From contig JAHBMJ010000442.1 in the NCBI GenBank assembly GCA_018398765.1, positions 1 to 47,704 on the forward strand: a stretch of DNA of 47,704 nucleotides, written 5' to 3'. The notes beneath the pieces are model-generated. The model worked only from the letters and a program-made list of their open reading frames with translations, searched no databases and was not told the origin of the DNA. Within the stretch, counting starts at the first letter, position 1. Each line of letters starts with the position of its first letter. Position numbers and translations under genes: made by a program. This document shows positions 32,572 through 44,454 of the stretch, one piece after another. This stretch comes from Chromera velia. Lineage: Eukaryota.

Positions 32572-32686
32572 CTGGCCTCCCACCCCAATGCCGAATGTCC
32601 AACATGCGGCTTTCAGGGAAAGCGCCTAGACGCATTAGACCTCCCTGGCCGGCTCGCACAGGTCTAGCCTTTGCCGCGAACGCCGG

Positions 32687-33221
32687 CAGGGTATCTAATT
32701 AGGTTTTAACCTAACTTAACCTAACCTTGAAGTTGAATTAAAAAACCTAGGTTAGGTTATTAACCTAGGTTACTAACTTAAATTGCAAAGATGCGATTCT
32801 TACAGGTATGAAATATGATCATATTAGGTGATATCATAGTTTTATTAATATTTTTACAGCGTTATACAATGTTATATTAAGTCGGGATACCAATTTTTTA
32901 GATATGTAAAACATGTTTTAAACTAAAGATAAATGTTTTAAAGTGTGTTTATTTTGTGTTATTTTTTACCGAAACATGATATTGAAAAGCTTGTTTCAAC
33001 ACGACATTCAAAAATATTCAAAAAGTTGATGTTTATTAGTGTGAAAGTCAGTTTTTGAATGAAAAACATCATTTTTACAGGTATAAACTTAATTTTTTAG
33101 TCTGTGCTGTCCATAATCCTCTGAGTAGGTTTTAGTAGGTTTTTAATCTAAACCTAACCTAAAACCTGAACTAACCTTCACCTAAACCTCCTAACCTAAC
33201 CTAACCTAATTGGATACCCTG
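32687..33221. mobile_element. AT-rich non-autonomous TIR element with hAT-like CAGGG termini
   Basis: CAGGGTATCTAATTAGGTT (32687-32705) pairs with AACCTAATTGGATACCCTG (33203-33221), 18/19 match. AACCT/AGGTT subterminal repeats are present. No clean TSD seen. Confidence 0.7.
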
Positions 33222-33357
33222 ACGAACGGATCACATTGAACAATCAATCACCTACATATATTTAGGCGTGTATATGCGAGAGGGCTCATTCCATTCCAAA
33301 GCAGGGTTTGAAAGGGAACTGTGAAACTAGAAATGCAGACAGTGAGAAAGTGTGTGC

Positions 33358-33840
33358 TGTGGAGTCCTACCCTTTGGCGCCGCCCTTTGAGCCTTCGCAT
33401 GCGCCGTGACTGAGTGAGCCAGCGTGCCGCGCCACATTCCGCCACTGCGCTTTGCTTCGTACGTGTCGCGCGCGCATCGATCGAAGTCGAGTCTGACCTT
33501 CGCAATGTTCGCATTCAAGCAACATGTTACTTGAGCAACAGATAAGATCATTTAAAGCTAATGTCTGTTTGGCATAGATCGGGAGTCTGAGACTCTGAGA
33601 GAGAGGAACAGCTAGAGAGAAGTATAAGTAAAAATTGTGCTATGATAGAATAAACCTAGCTGATTGGAATCCTAGATTGCTCTAGAGCTAAACCTTCTGT
33701 AAACTGTTGCCTGAATGAGTGTTACTCACGTTCCTTCTCTAAAATTTCCCTAAGGTTCTTGTCCTCGCTTTACCTTCTGTCTGGACGCCATAAGGTGGCC
33801 AGATATATATATATGGCGTCCAGACAGGGGGGACAAAGCA
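33358..33840. mobile_element. Solo LTR of a second family nested in the 5' LTR
   Basis: 483-bp TGT...GCA insert that is absent from the 3' LTR. Flanked by 4-bp TSD GTGC (33354-33357, 33841-33844). Imperfect terminal inverted repeat TGTGGAGTCC / GGACAAAGCA. Confidence 0.85.
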
Positions 33841-34406
33841 GTGCAACGTGTGCATAACTGCTGTGAAGTGAAATGAATTCAGTTTTCCAGTCATTGTGTG
33901 GTGGTACCAGCAGACTGTATGGTATGTGGAGTGTTCGTCTGAAGGGCTTCCACCGAGAGCCACTGTGTACAGCTTCCTCACTCAGTCTGTAGCCCTGTAG
34001 CGTATGTGTTCCTTGCCAGTGCGCCCCCTGAAAGACTCATATCCCGATCCATGTACCAGATGGAGCGCCATGCCTGGCCTAGTCCGGCACTGTAGCTGGC
34101 CGACGTGCATGCATATACATCGATACGTCATGCGTGATCATGCATGCATGCAATTTGAGTAATACATTCAGAGTCATAGAATTCGGCTGATTCACAACAT
34201 CTAATCGGATGTTGCAAAGACACACAAACTTACAGTCTTGTTAAAACAGGACCCGGCTTCATGTATCTGAGCTAGCGGAGCCCAACCATAGCTGATCTAA
34301 TTCACATTGGTGCATACCCAGGTCCTACAGAAGCTAGTGGAGTTCTTCTTAAACAGAGACATTGAAGTCGATATCGATATCTGATTCACTGTTGCTTGAT
34401 TTTGAA

Positions 34407-35427
34407 ATGGCAGAAGAGAATCGTACTCCAGTTTCTGGTCAGAGGCCGCAGAGCAGCACACACAGGCAGAGGCCTACTCTTGCGGATCTGCTTGGAAAGA
34501 CGAGCCAGAAACAAAGGAGCAGAGCTCAAAAGAAAGAGCCCCGTCCCCCTCACTACTCAGAAACAGGTGGTTTCACGAGATTCAAAGCTTGCTTTAAAAA
34601 CCATAAAGAGGCGAAACAGAGATGGGTGGTGTGGTACCTTGGTATCAATTTGGACACAGCAGAAGCCGACGCAGCTGCTGAAGTGCTGGATGAGCTGGAC
34701 ACCCATCTATGTCACGACTTAGTTGAATGTGCTGAAGAAAACGACTCGTTTTTCGATGTCGTGCAGAGAGCGAGGGAGTCAGGCGGCCCAAAAAAAGTTG
34801 TCCCTTTCAAAGAACAATGGGAATTCACCCTCAGACACTACAAAACCTCTCAGATGTCCCAAAAGCTGAAGGCATTCCTCTTTTTGTTAAACTTCGCTTT
34901 TCTCTTTGTGAAGGTTCCAGGAGGGATCAAAGAGGATTCAAGTCTTTAGAGATTTGCTGGCAGGTTGCAAGAAATTCAGGTATGAGCCCGACGCCTTTTC
35001 AAAGTTCAGTGTCCTTGTGTGGGGACTGAGAGAAGAAGAACAGCAGTCGATCTACAAGGATTTGAAAGATGAAACGGACTTTGACAAGGTAATTGCCTCG
35101 GTCAAAGCGTTGGCGAAGGCGCAAGCAACCTCGTTCGGCAGGAAGAAAGACTAGAAGAAAGATGAAGACGAGAGGGGAATGATCGAGAGAGGACCGCTGA
35201 AGGCAGTTTTGAAGAAAGCAGTGAAGGGGGATGAGAAAACTGAAGAAGCTGAAGAAAGGGCAGCGAAAGAAAGATCCATTGGGTCGGAGGGGAAGAGCAA
35301 CTACTCTCAGACTGATGACACAATCGCGAGGTGGATGGTAAGTACAGCAGAGTTCCGAGAAAAGAAACGTACAGAGAGGGAAAACGGAAAAGAGAAGAAA
35401 GAGAGCAACAAAGTGAAGGAAATTTAA
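34407..35427 (+). pseudogene. Degenerate gag-like ORF
   Basis: ATG at 34407 (MAEENRTP...WVVWYLGINLD...). After a frameshift near 34930 it continues KRIQVFRDLLAGCKKF...LVWGLREEEQQSIYKDLKDETDFDKVIASVKALA, with an in-frame TAG at 35152-35154, then a Lys/Glu-rich tail. Gag identity is inferred from its position after the PBS and its helical character; no zinc knuckle seen. Confidence 0.6.
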
Positions 35428-35762
35428 AGGAAAAAGAAAAGGAGAAGGAAGGAGGGAAAGAGAAGGATGGAAAGGCCAAACGCTCTATTAAAAGATCATC
35501 CTCAATCTCTTTGACTGAGTCCTATGAGAAACATGATAGCAAAATGTGGGAATCTGACTCTGAGTCTCTCATTGACTCAGTCTCACTCAGACAAAAGCGC
35601 AGATGAGTGAGAGGCACTCAAGCGACTCGTCAAGAAGAGATGAAGAAAAGGTTAACAGCAGGGATGGGGACTGAGGTGACCTTTTGTCTTCTGTTGGAAT
35701 TTACTCGTCCAGTTTCAGTGCACAAGCTTGTTTTCGAAAAGCCACTGCGCTTGGGGGGTGAA

Positions 35763-36256
35763 TGTAAAACTGGAAATGTAGACAGTGAGAAAGTGTGTGC
35801 AACGTGTGCATAACTGCTGTGAAGTGAAATGAATTCAGTTTTCCAGTCACTGTGTGGTGGTACCAGCAGACTGTATGGTATGTGGAGTGTTCATCTGAAG
35901 GGCTTCCGCCTAGAGCCACTGTGCATAGCTTCCTCACTGTAGCCCTGTACCGTATGTGTTCCTCGCTAGTGCGCCCCCTGAAAGACCCATATCCCAATCC
36001 ATATACCGGATGGAGCGCCATGCCTGGCCCAGTCTGGCACTGCGGCTGGCCGACGTGCATGCATGTACATTGATGCGTCATGCGTGATCATACATGCATG
36101 TAATTTGAGCAATACATTCAGAGTCACAGAATTCGGCTGATTCACAACATCTAATCAGATGTTGCAAAGATACATAGACTTACAGTCTTGTTCAGACAGG
36201 ACCCGGCTTCATATATCTGAGCTAGCGGAGCCCAAGCATAGCCGATCTAATTCACA
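35763..36256 (+). repeat. 3' LTR (494 bp)
   Basis: Direct repeat of 33320-33357 plus 33845-34306. Starts TGTAAAAC after the polypurine tract and ends TTCACA before the TSD. Confidence 0.92.
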
Positions 36257-37260
36257 GGAACGATTCCAGAATTGCAGATGAACGGCTTGAAGCGAGTTCC
36301 AAAACCTCTCAGCATCCCATCCCCCTCTTCTTTCCCTCCTCTTTTACTTCCTTTGTATCACTCCCCACCCTTTCATACTCTTTAATTCTTCGCTCTCTTT
36401 CTTTCTCACTGTTGTTTCGTCTTGAAACCTATTTGAGCTCTGCTGGATCGGCAGGCCAGAGCATTAGCATTTAATAAGAGTTGATTGATCGCATTATTTA
36501 ATTTGTATGCAATTGCTAGATATAGATTGATTCATTGATAGCTAGCTTCTAATAGGTTCTGCGCTATAGGCTTTCCCGTTATATGTCCATCTATTGCCAG
36601 AGGCCCAGAGCTAAGAGGGCATATAAATCATACAATTGACTAGCAAAATAAGTGCGAGTTTCAGAGTTTTCTTTCATCTTCTTTGTGTGACATGGCATAG
36701 ACGTCTCGCCGCTGTTTGCCATTCAGAGGCCTATTCTTAGTTAGTCTCACTCCGACATGTGTTTCTTCAAAGTTTGTTTATTTCACACCTGCAGGACGTG
36801 TATATGAATCTAAATATGAATCGAATTGATGGGATTTGAGGAGGTAAAAGCCAATAAGCCAACCTCCTGGGCTCTGACCTACCTTATGCCCAACTCATGT
36901 CATACTCTGTCTGTTCACACAGGACCATACACAATCAGTCTGGCCTCTTAAATCACTGCGTAACGGCTTTCATTCCCGTGCATACCGCTGAAACTCTAGA
37001 ACTTCCCGCTCGAGCGCAGCACAAAAATTTGGCAGAGATTGAGACGGCACTTTCAATACTCTTGACCGTCCCACAGACAGACCGATATGTACAAGTCTAA
37101 GACAGTCAAACACGCTGGATCAAACCACTCTAGAGACATCTTCATGCGCCTCTTTTTGACTTTCCGCATGTATCAAAAGAAAGATCAAGCGGACTGACGA
37201 CCTCTACCCGAGTGTACATACAGAAAAACCGGGATCGAAAGAAACACAGAATAGGAAAAG

Positions 37261-37567
37261 AAAAGGAAAGCACAGGGAAAGGAAAGGAGAGGAAAAGGAA
37301 AGAGAAGGAACCAAAAGACGAGGCAAGCCACAGAAAAAAAAAACATCATGTAACAAAATCAGGATGACTCAATTAAGAGAAAAGACATGCATCGATCAGT
37401 GAGGGAACTTCAGAGACCCACTGATCAGTCGATCAGTCCGTCTGACTCCTTCAACATACAAGGTCCTGCCACCAACACCGGAGCGCTGTCTTTGTCTTCT
37501 TGTCTGTCTGAGGATGGGAACCGAAAGCGGTTCCTTCTCTTCACCTTCTGTGCCTCTGGTCCCGCTC

Positions 37568-37621
<54 letters not shown>

Positions 37622-38114
37622 TACACACAGAGGGAGAAACAAAAGAAAGGGAAAGAGAACAGGGAGAGGAAATGAAGGACAAATGGCAGCTGCTGAAAGA
37701 AAAAAGAAAACATATCAATAAGAAAAGCAGGTCACATGCATGCACACACAGGGCCGAAAGGGAGAGCGTCCCGCATGGTCAGATAGAGCACAGAGACAAA
37801 CAGCCAAAAATGCATATGAAGGAGCATCGGGATAAAAAAAAACAAAGACAAAGAGAAACATCTGAGGGTTCTTCCTGTACAGACGGACTATTTGCACTCT
37901 ACACACATGCAGCCACTACCGACAGGCCTCTTGGAGGTCTTCCCACCCCACCCCAATCCTGTTCACCTGCCCACCTACACGTGTCGCAACAACAACAACA
38001 CAGACGAGGCCGTGCATACAGTCGTGACGGCCTCTCCAGTGAAGAGAAGAGAAGAGAAGCTCCTTCGGTGTCAGGCGTATTTACAGGAACCCCCCTCAAA
38101 CAAACAAACAAACA

Positions 38115-38146
<32 letters not shown>

Positions 38147-40299
38147 AAAAAAGACAGGAGGCACCTTTCCACGCACGCCTCTCCCTCCGAGGGAGGACCT
38201 GCACGCAAGGAAGGCGGGGGGGGGAAAGAGACCCCACACTGACCCCGGCGTTTGATGGGAGGACAAAAGAGAGGACGCGACTGATCGTTCTACTCGACCC
38301 CCCGCCCCTAAGTGCCATCCAATTCTTCCCCCCAGCCCCTCATTGTGAGTTATGCATCTGCACACGCACCGGTCCGCATCTACACTCTCGGATACACACG
38401 CTCACTCACTCACTCATTCAACGGAGAGGGAACCCCGCCGAGACTAATGACAGAAAACCGCGACTACAGACGAAAAGCAAAACGACGCGACTCGGAAGGC
38501 AAACCGTATAAGGGGTTCTTTTGTGCGCTCAGCGGCAGATATATGAACGGTGCGTTAACACTCAGGGGCAGGTCCACGTAACAAATTCGCGTCTTGCGCA
38601 ACGTCAAAACCCCGGCCATCAGCACTCAGAAAAGGGAAAGCACAGGGAAAGGAAAGGAGAAGAAAAGGAAAGAGAAGGAACCAAAAGACGAGGCAGGCCA
38701 CAGAAAAAAAAAGTATCATGCAACAAAATCAGGACGACTCAATTAAGAGAAAAGACATGCATCGATCAGTGAGGGAACTTCAAAGACCCACCGATCAGTC
38801 GATCAGTCCGTTTGACTCCTTCAACATACAAGGTTCTGCCATCAACACCGGAGCGCTGTCTTCGTCTTCTTGTCTGTCTGAGGATGGGAACCGAAACTGG
38901 TTCCTTCTCTTCACCTTCTGTGCCTCTGGTCCCGCTCTCCATTCTGCAATACACACACATACACACACACACACACACACATACACACATACACACAGAG
39001 GGAGAAACAAGAGAAAAGGAAAGAGAACGGGGAGAGGAAATGAAGGACAAATGGCAGCTGCTGAAAGATAAAAGAAAACACATCAACAAGAAAGGTAGGT
39101 CATACGCATGCATACACAGGGCCGAGAGGGAGAGCGTCCCGCATAGTTAGATAGAGCACAGAGACAAACAGGCAAAAATACATATGAAGGAGCATCGGGA
39201 TAAAAAAAAATAAAGACAAAGAGAAACATCTGAGGGTTCTTCCTGCACAGACGGACTCTTTGCACTCTACACACATGTAGCCACTACCGATAGGCCTCTT
39301 GGAGGTCTTCCCACCCCACCCCAATCCTGTTCACCTGCCTACCTGCACATGTTGTAACAACAACAACACAGACGAACTTCAAGCCGTGCGTACAGTCGTG
39401 ACGGCCTTTCTAGTGAAGAGAAGAGAAGAGAAGCTCCTTCGGTGTTAGGCGTATCCACAGGACCCCTCCTCAAACAAACAAACAAAGAAAGAAAGAAAGA
39501 AAGAAAGACAGGAGGCACCCTTCCACGCATGCCCCTCCCCCCGAGGGAGGACCTGCACGCAAGGAAGGTGGGGGGGGGAAAGAGACCCCACACTGACCCC
39601 GGAGTTTGATGGGAGGACAAGAAAGAGGACGCGACTGATCGTTGCACTTAACTCCCCACCCCTGAGTGCCATCCAATTCTTCCTCCCGGCCCCTCATTGT
39701 GAATTACGCATCTGCACACACACCGGTCCGCATTTACACTCTCGGATGCACACACTCACTCACTTACTCATTCAACGGAGAGGGAACCCCGCCGAGACTA
39801 ATGACAGAAAACCGCGACTACAGACGAAAAGCAAAACGACGCGATTTGGAAGGCAAACCATACAAGGAGTTCTTTTGTACGCTCAGCGGCAGATATATAA
39901 ACGGTGTGTTAACACTCAGGGGTAGGTCCACATAACAAATTCATGTCTCGCGCAACGCCAAAACCCCAGCCATCAGTACTCAGAAAAGGGAAAGCACAGG
40001 GAAAGGAAAGGAGAGGAAAAGGAAAGAGAAGGAACCAAAAGACGAGGCAAGCTACAGAAAAAAAAAGCATTATGCAATGAAATCAGGACGACTCAATTAA
40101 GAGAAATGACATACATCGATCAGTAAGGGAACTTCAGAGACCCACCGATCAGTCGATCAGTCCGTCTAACTCCTTCAACACACAAGGTCCTGCCACCAAC
40201 ACTGGAGCGCTGTCTTTGTCTTCTTGCCTGTCTGAAGATGGGAACCGAAACCGGTTCCTTCTCTTCACCTTCTGTGCCTCTGGTCCCGCTCTCCATTCT

Positions 40300-40337
<38 letters not shown>

Positions 40338-43040
40338 CACACACAGAGGGAGAAACAAGGGAAAGGGAAACAGAACTGGGAGAGGAAATGAAGGACAAAT
40401 GGCAGCTGCTGAAAGAAAAAAGAAAACATATCAACAAGAAAGGTAGGTCACATGCATGCACACACAGCGCCGAAAGGGAGAGCGTCCCGCATGGTCAGAT
40501 AGAGCACAGAGACAAACAGCCAAAAATGCACATGAAGGAGCATCGGGATAAAAAAAACAAAGATAAAGAGAAACATCTGAGGGTTCTTCCTGCACAGACG
40601 GACTATTTGCACTCTACACACATGTAGCCACTACCGACAGGCCTCTTGGAGGTCTTCCCACCCCACCCCAATCCTGTTCACCTGCCCACCTGCACGTGTC
40701 GCAACAACAATAACATAGATGAGGCCGTACGTACAGTCGTGACGGCCTCTCCAGTGAAGAGAAGAGCTCGAAGAGAAGCTCTTTCGCTGTCAGGCGTATC
40801 CACAGGACCACCCCTCAAACAAATAAATAAATAAAGAAAGAAAGAAAGAAAGATAGGAGGCACCCTTCCATGCACGCCCCTCCCTCCGAGGGAGGACCTG
40901 CACGCAAGGAAGGCGGGGGGGGGAAAGAGACCCCACACTGACCCCGGCATTTGATGGGAGGACAAGAAAGAGGACGCGACTGATCGTTCTACTCGACCCT
41001 CCGCCCCTGAGTGCCATCCAATTCCCCCCAGCCCCTCATTGTGAGTTATGCATCTGCACACGCACCGGTCTTTATCTATACTCTCGGACGCATACGCTCA
41101 CTCACTCACTCATTCAACGGAGAGGGAACCCCGCCGAGACTAATGACAGAAAACCGCGACTACAGACGAAAAGCAAAACGATGCGACTCGGAAGGCAAAC
41201 CATACAAGGGGTTCTTTTGTGCGCTCAGCGGCAGATGTATGAACGGTGCGTTAACACTCAGGGGCAGGTCCACGTAACAAATTCGTGTCTCACGCAACAC
41301 CAGAACCCCGGCCATCAGCACTCAGAAAAGGGAAAGCACAGGGAAAGGAAAGGAGAAGAAAAGGAAAGAGAAGCAACCAAAAGACGAGGCAAGCCACAGA
41401 AAAAAAAACGCATCATGCAACAAAATCAGGACGACTCAATTAAGAGAAATGACATACATCGATCAGTAAGGGAACTTCAGAGACCCACCGATCAGTCGAT
41501 CAGTCCGTCTAACTCCTTCAACACACAAGGTCCTGCCACCAACACTGGAGCGCTGTCTTTGTCTTCTTGCCTGTCTGAAGATGGGAACCGAAACCGGTTC
41601 CTTCTCTTCACCTTCTGTGCCTCTGGTCCCGCTCTCCATTCTGCAACATACACACACATACACATGCACACACACACACACACATACACACACACACACA
41701 TACACATATACACATACATACACACACACATACACACAGAGGGAGAAACAAGAGAAAGGGAAAGAGAACAGGGAGAGGAAATGAAGGACAAATCGCAACT
41801 GCTGAAAGAAAAAAAAAACACATCAACAAGAAAGGCAGGTCACATGCATGCACACACAAGGCCGAGAGGGAGAGCGTCCCGCATGGCCAGATACAGCACA
41901 GAGACAAACAGGCAAAAATGCATATGAAAGAGCATCGGGATAAAAAAAAACAAAGACAAAGAGAAACATCTGAGGGTTCTTCCTGCACAGACGGACTTTT
42001 TGCACTCTATACACATGCAGCCACTACCGACAGGCCTTTTGGAGGTCTTCCTACCCCACCCCAATCCTGTTTACCTGCCCACTTGCACGTGTCGCAACAA
42101 CAACAACACAGACGAGGCTGTGCGTACAGTCGTGACGGCCTCTTCAGTAAAGAGAAGAGAAGAGAAGCTCCTTCGGTATCAGGCGTATCCACAGGACCCC
42201 TCCTCAAACAAACAAACAAACAAACAAACAAAGAAAGAAAGAAAGACAGGAGGCACCCTTCCACGCACGCCCCTCCCCCCGAGGGAGGACCTGCACGCAA
42301 GGAAGGCGGGGGGAGGAAAAAGACCCCATACTGACCCTGAAGTCTGATGGGAGGACAAGAGAGAGGACGCGACTGATCGTTCTACTCGACCCCCCACCCC
42401 TGAGTGCCATCCAATTCTTCCCCCCGGCCCCTCATTGTGAATTACGCATCTGCACATGCATCGGTCCGTATCTACACTCTCAGATGCACACGCTCACTCA
42501 CTCATTCATTCAACGGAGAGGGAACCCTGCCGAGACTAATGGCAGAAAACCGCGACTACAAACGAAAAGCAAAACGACGCGACCCGGAAGGCAAACCGTA
42601 CAAGGGGTTCTTTTGTGCGCTTAGCGGCAGATATATAAACGGTGCGTTAACACTCAGGGGCAGGTCCACGTAACAAATTCATGTTTCACACAATGCCAGA
42701 ACCCCGGCCATCAGCACTCAGAAAAGGGAAAGCACAGGGAAAGGAAAGGAGAAGAAAAGGAAAGAGAAGCAACCAAAAGACGAGGCAAGCCACAGAAAAA
42801 AAAACGCATCATGCAACAAAATCAAGACGACTCAATTAAGAGAAAAGACATGCATCGATCAGTGAGGGAACTTCAGAGACCCACCGATCAGTCGATCAGT
42901 CCGTCTGACTCCTTCAACACACAAGGTCCTGCCACCAACACCGGAGCGCTGTCTTTATCTTCTTGTCTGTCTGCGGATGGGAACCAAAAGCGGTTCCTTC
43001 TCTTCACCTTCTGTGCCTCTGGTCCCGCTCTCTATTCTGC

Positions 43041-43077
<37 letters not shown>

Positions 43078-44415
43078 GGAGAAACTGTTACAAGGGAAAG
43101 GGAAAGAAAACAGGGAGAGGAAATGAAGGACAAATCGCAACTGCTGAAAGAACAAGGAAAACTTATCAACAAGAAAGGCAGGCATACGCATGCACACACA
43201 GGGCCGAGAGGGAGAGCGTCCCGCATGGTCAGATACAGCACAGAGACAAACAGGTAAAAATGCATATGCAGGAGCATCGGGATAAAAAGAAACAAAGACA
43301 AAGAGAAACATCTGAGGGTTTTTCCTGAACAGACGGACTATTTGCACTCTACACACATGCAGCCACTACCGACAGGCCTCTTGGAGGTCTTCCCACCCCA
43401 CCCCAATCCTGTTCACCTGCCCACCTGCACGTGTCGCAACAATAATAACATAGACGAGGCCGTGCGTACAGTCGTGACGGCCTCCAGTGAAGAAAAGAGA
43501 AGCTCCTTCGCTGTCAGGCATATCCACAGGACCACCCCTCAAACAAATAAATAAATAAATAAATAAATAAATAAAGAAAGAAAGAAAGATAGGAGGCATC
43601 CTTCCATGCATACCCCTCCTCTGAGGGAGAACCTGCACGCAAGGAAGGCGGGGGGGGGAAAGAGACCCCACACTGACCCCGGCATTTGATGGGAGGACGA
43701 GAGAGAGGACGCGACTGATCGTTCCACTCGACCCCCCACCCCTGAGTGCCATCCAATTTTTCCCCCCAGCCCCTCATTGTGAGTTATGCATCTGCACACG
43801 CACCGGTCCTCATTTATACTTTCGGATGCACACGCTCACTCACTCATTCATTCAATGGAGAGGGAACCCCGCTGAGACTAATGGCAGAAAACCGCGACTA
43901 CAGACGAAAAGCAAAACGACGCGACCCGGAAGGCAAACCGTATAAGGGGTTCTTTTGTGCGCTCAGCGGCAGATATATGAACGGTGCGTTAATACTCAGG
44001 GGCAGGTCCACGTAACAAATTCGCGTCTCGCGCAACGTCAGAACCCCGGCCATCAGCACTCAGAAAAGGGAAAGCACAGGGAAAGGAAAGGAGAAGAAAA
44101 GGAAAGAGAAGCAACCAAAAGACGAGGCAAGCCACAGAAAAAAAAACGCATCATGCGACAAAATTAGGACGACTCAATTAAGAGAAAAGACATGCATCGA
44201 TCAGTGAGGGAACTTCAGAGACCCACCGATCAGTCGATCAGTCCGTCTGACTCCTTCAACACACAAGGTCCTGCCACCAACACCAGAGCGCTGTCTTTGT
44301 CTTCTTGTCTGTCTGAGGATGAGAACCGAAAGCGGTTCCTTCTTTTCACCTTCTGCGCCTCTGGTCCCGCTCTCCATTCTGCAACATATACACACACACA
44401 CACATACACACACAC

Positions 44416-44454
<39 letters not shown>

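Larger units (their letters stand above)
33320..36256 (+). mobile_element. LTR retroelement, non-autonomous gag-only (TR-GAG-like), degenerate
   Basis: TSD GGAAC at 33315-33319 and 36257-36261. 5' LTR is 33320-33357 plus 33845-34306; 3' LTR is 35763-36256; both TG...CA. PBS-like TGGTGCATACCCAGG at 34308; PPT GGGGGGTGAA at 35753-35762. The 1.45-kb interior has no RT/integrase motifs. Confidence 0.92.

Noticed and set aside
33190..33210. (CCTAA)n as a telomeric repeat
   Set aside because: Only about 4 copies, forming the subterminal repeats and TIR of the 32687-33221 element.
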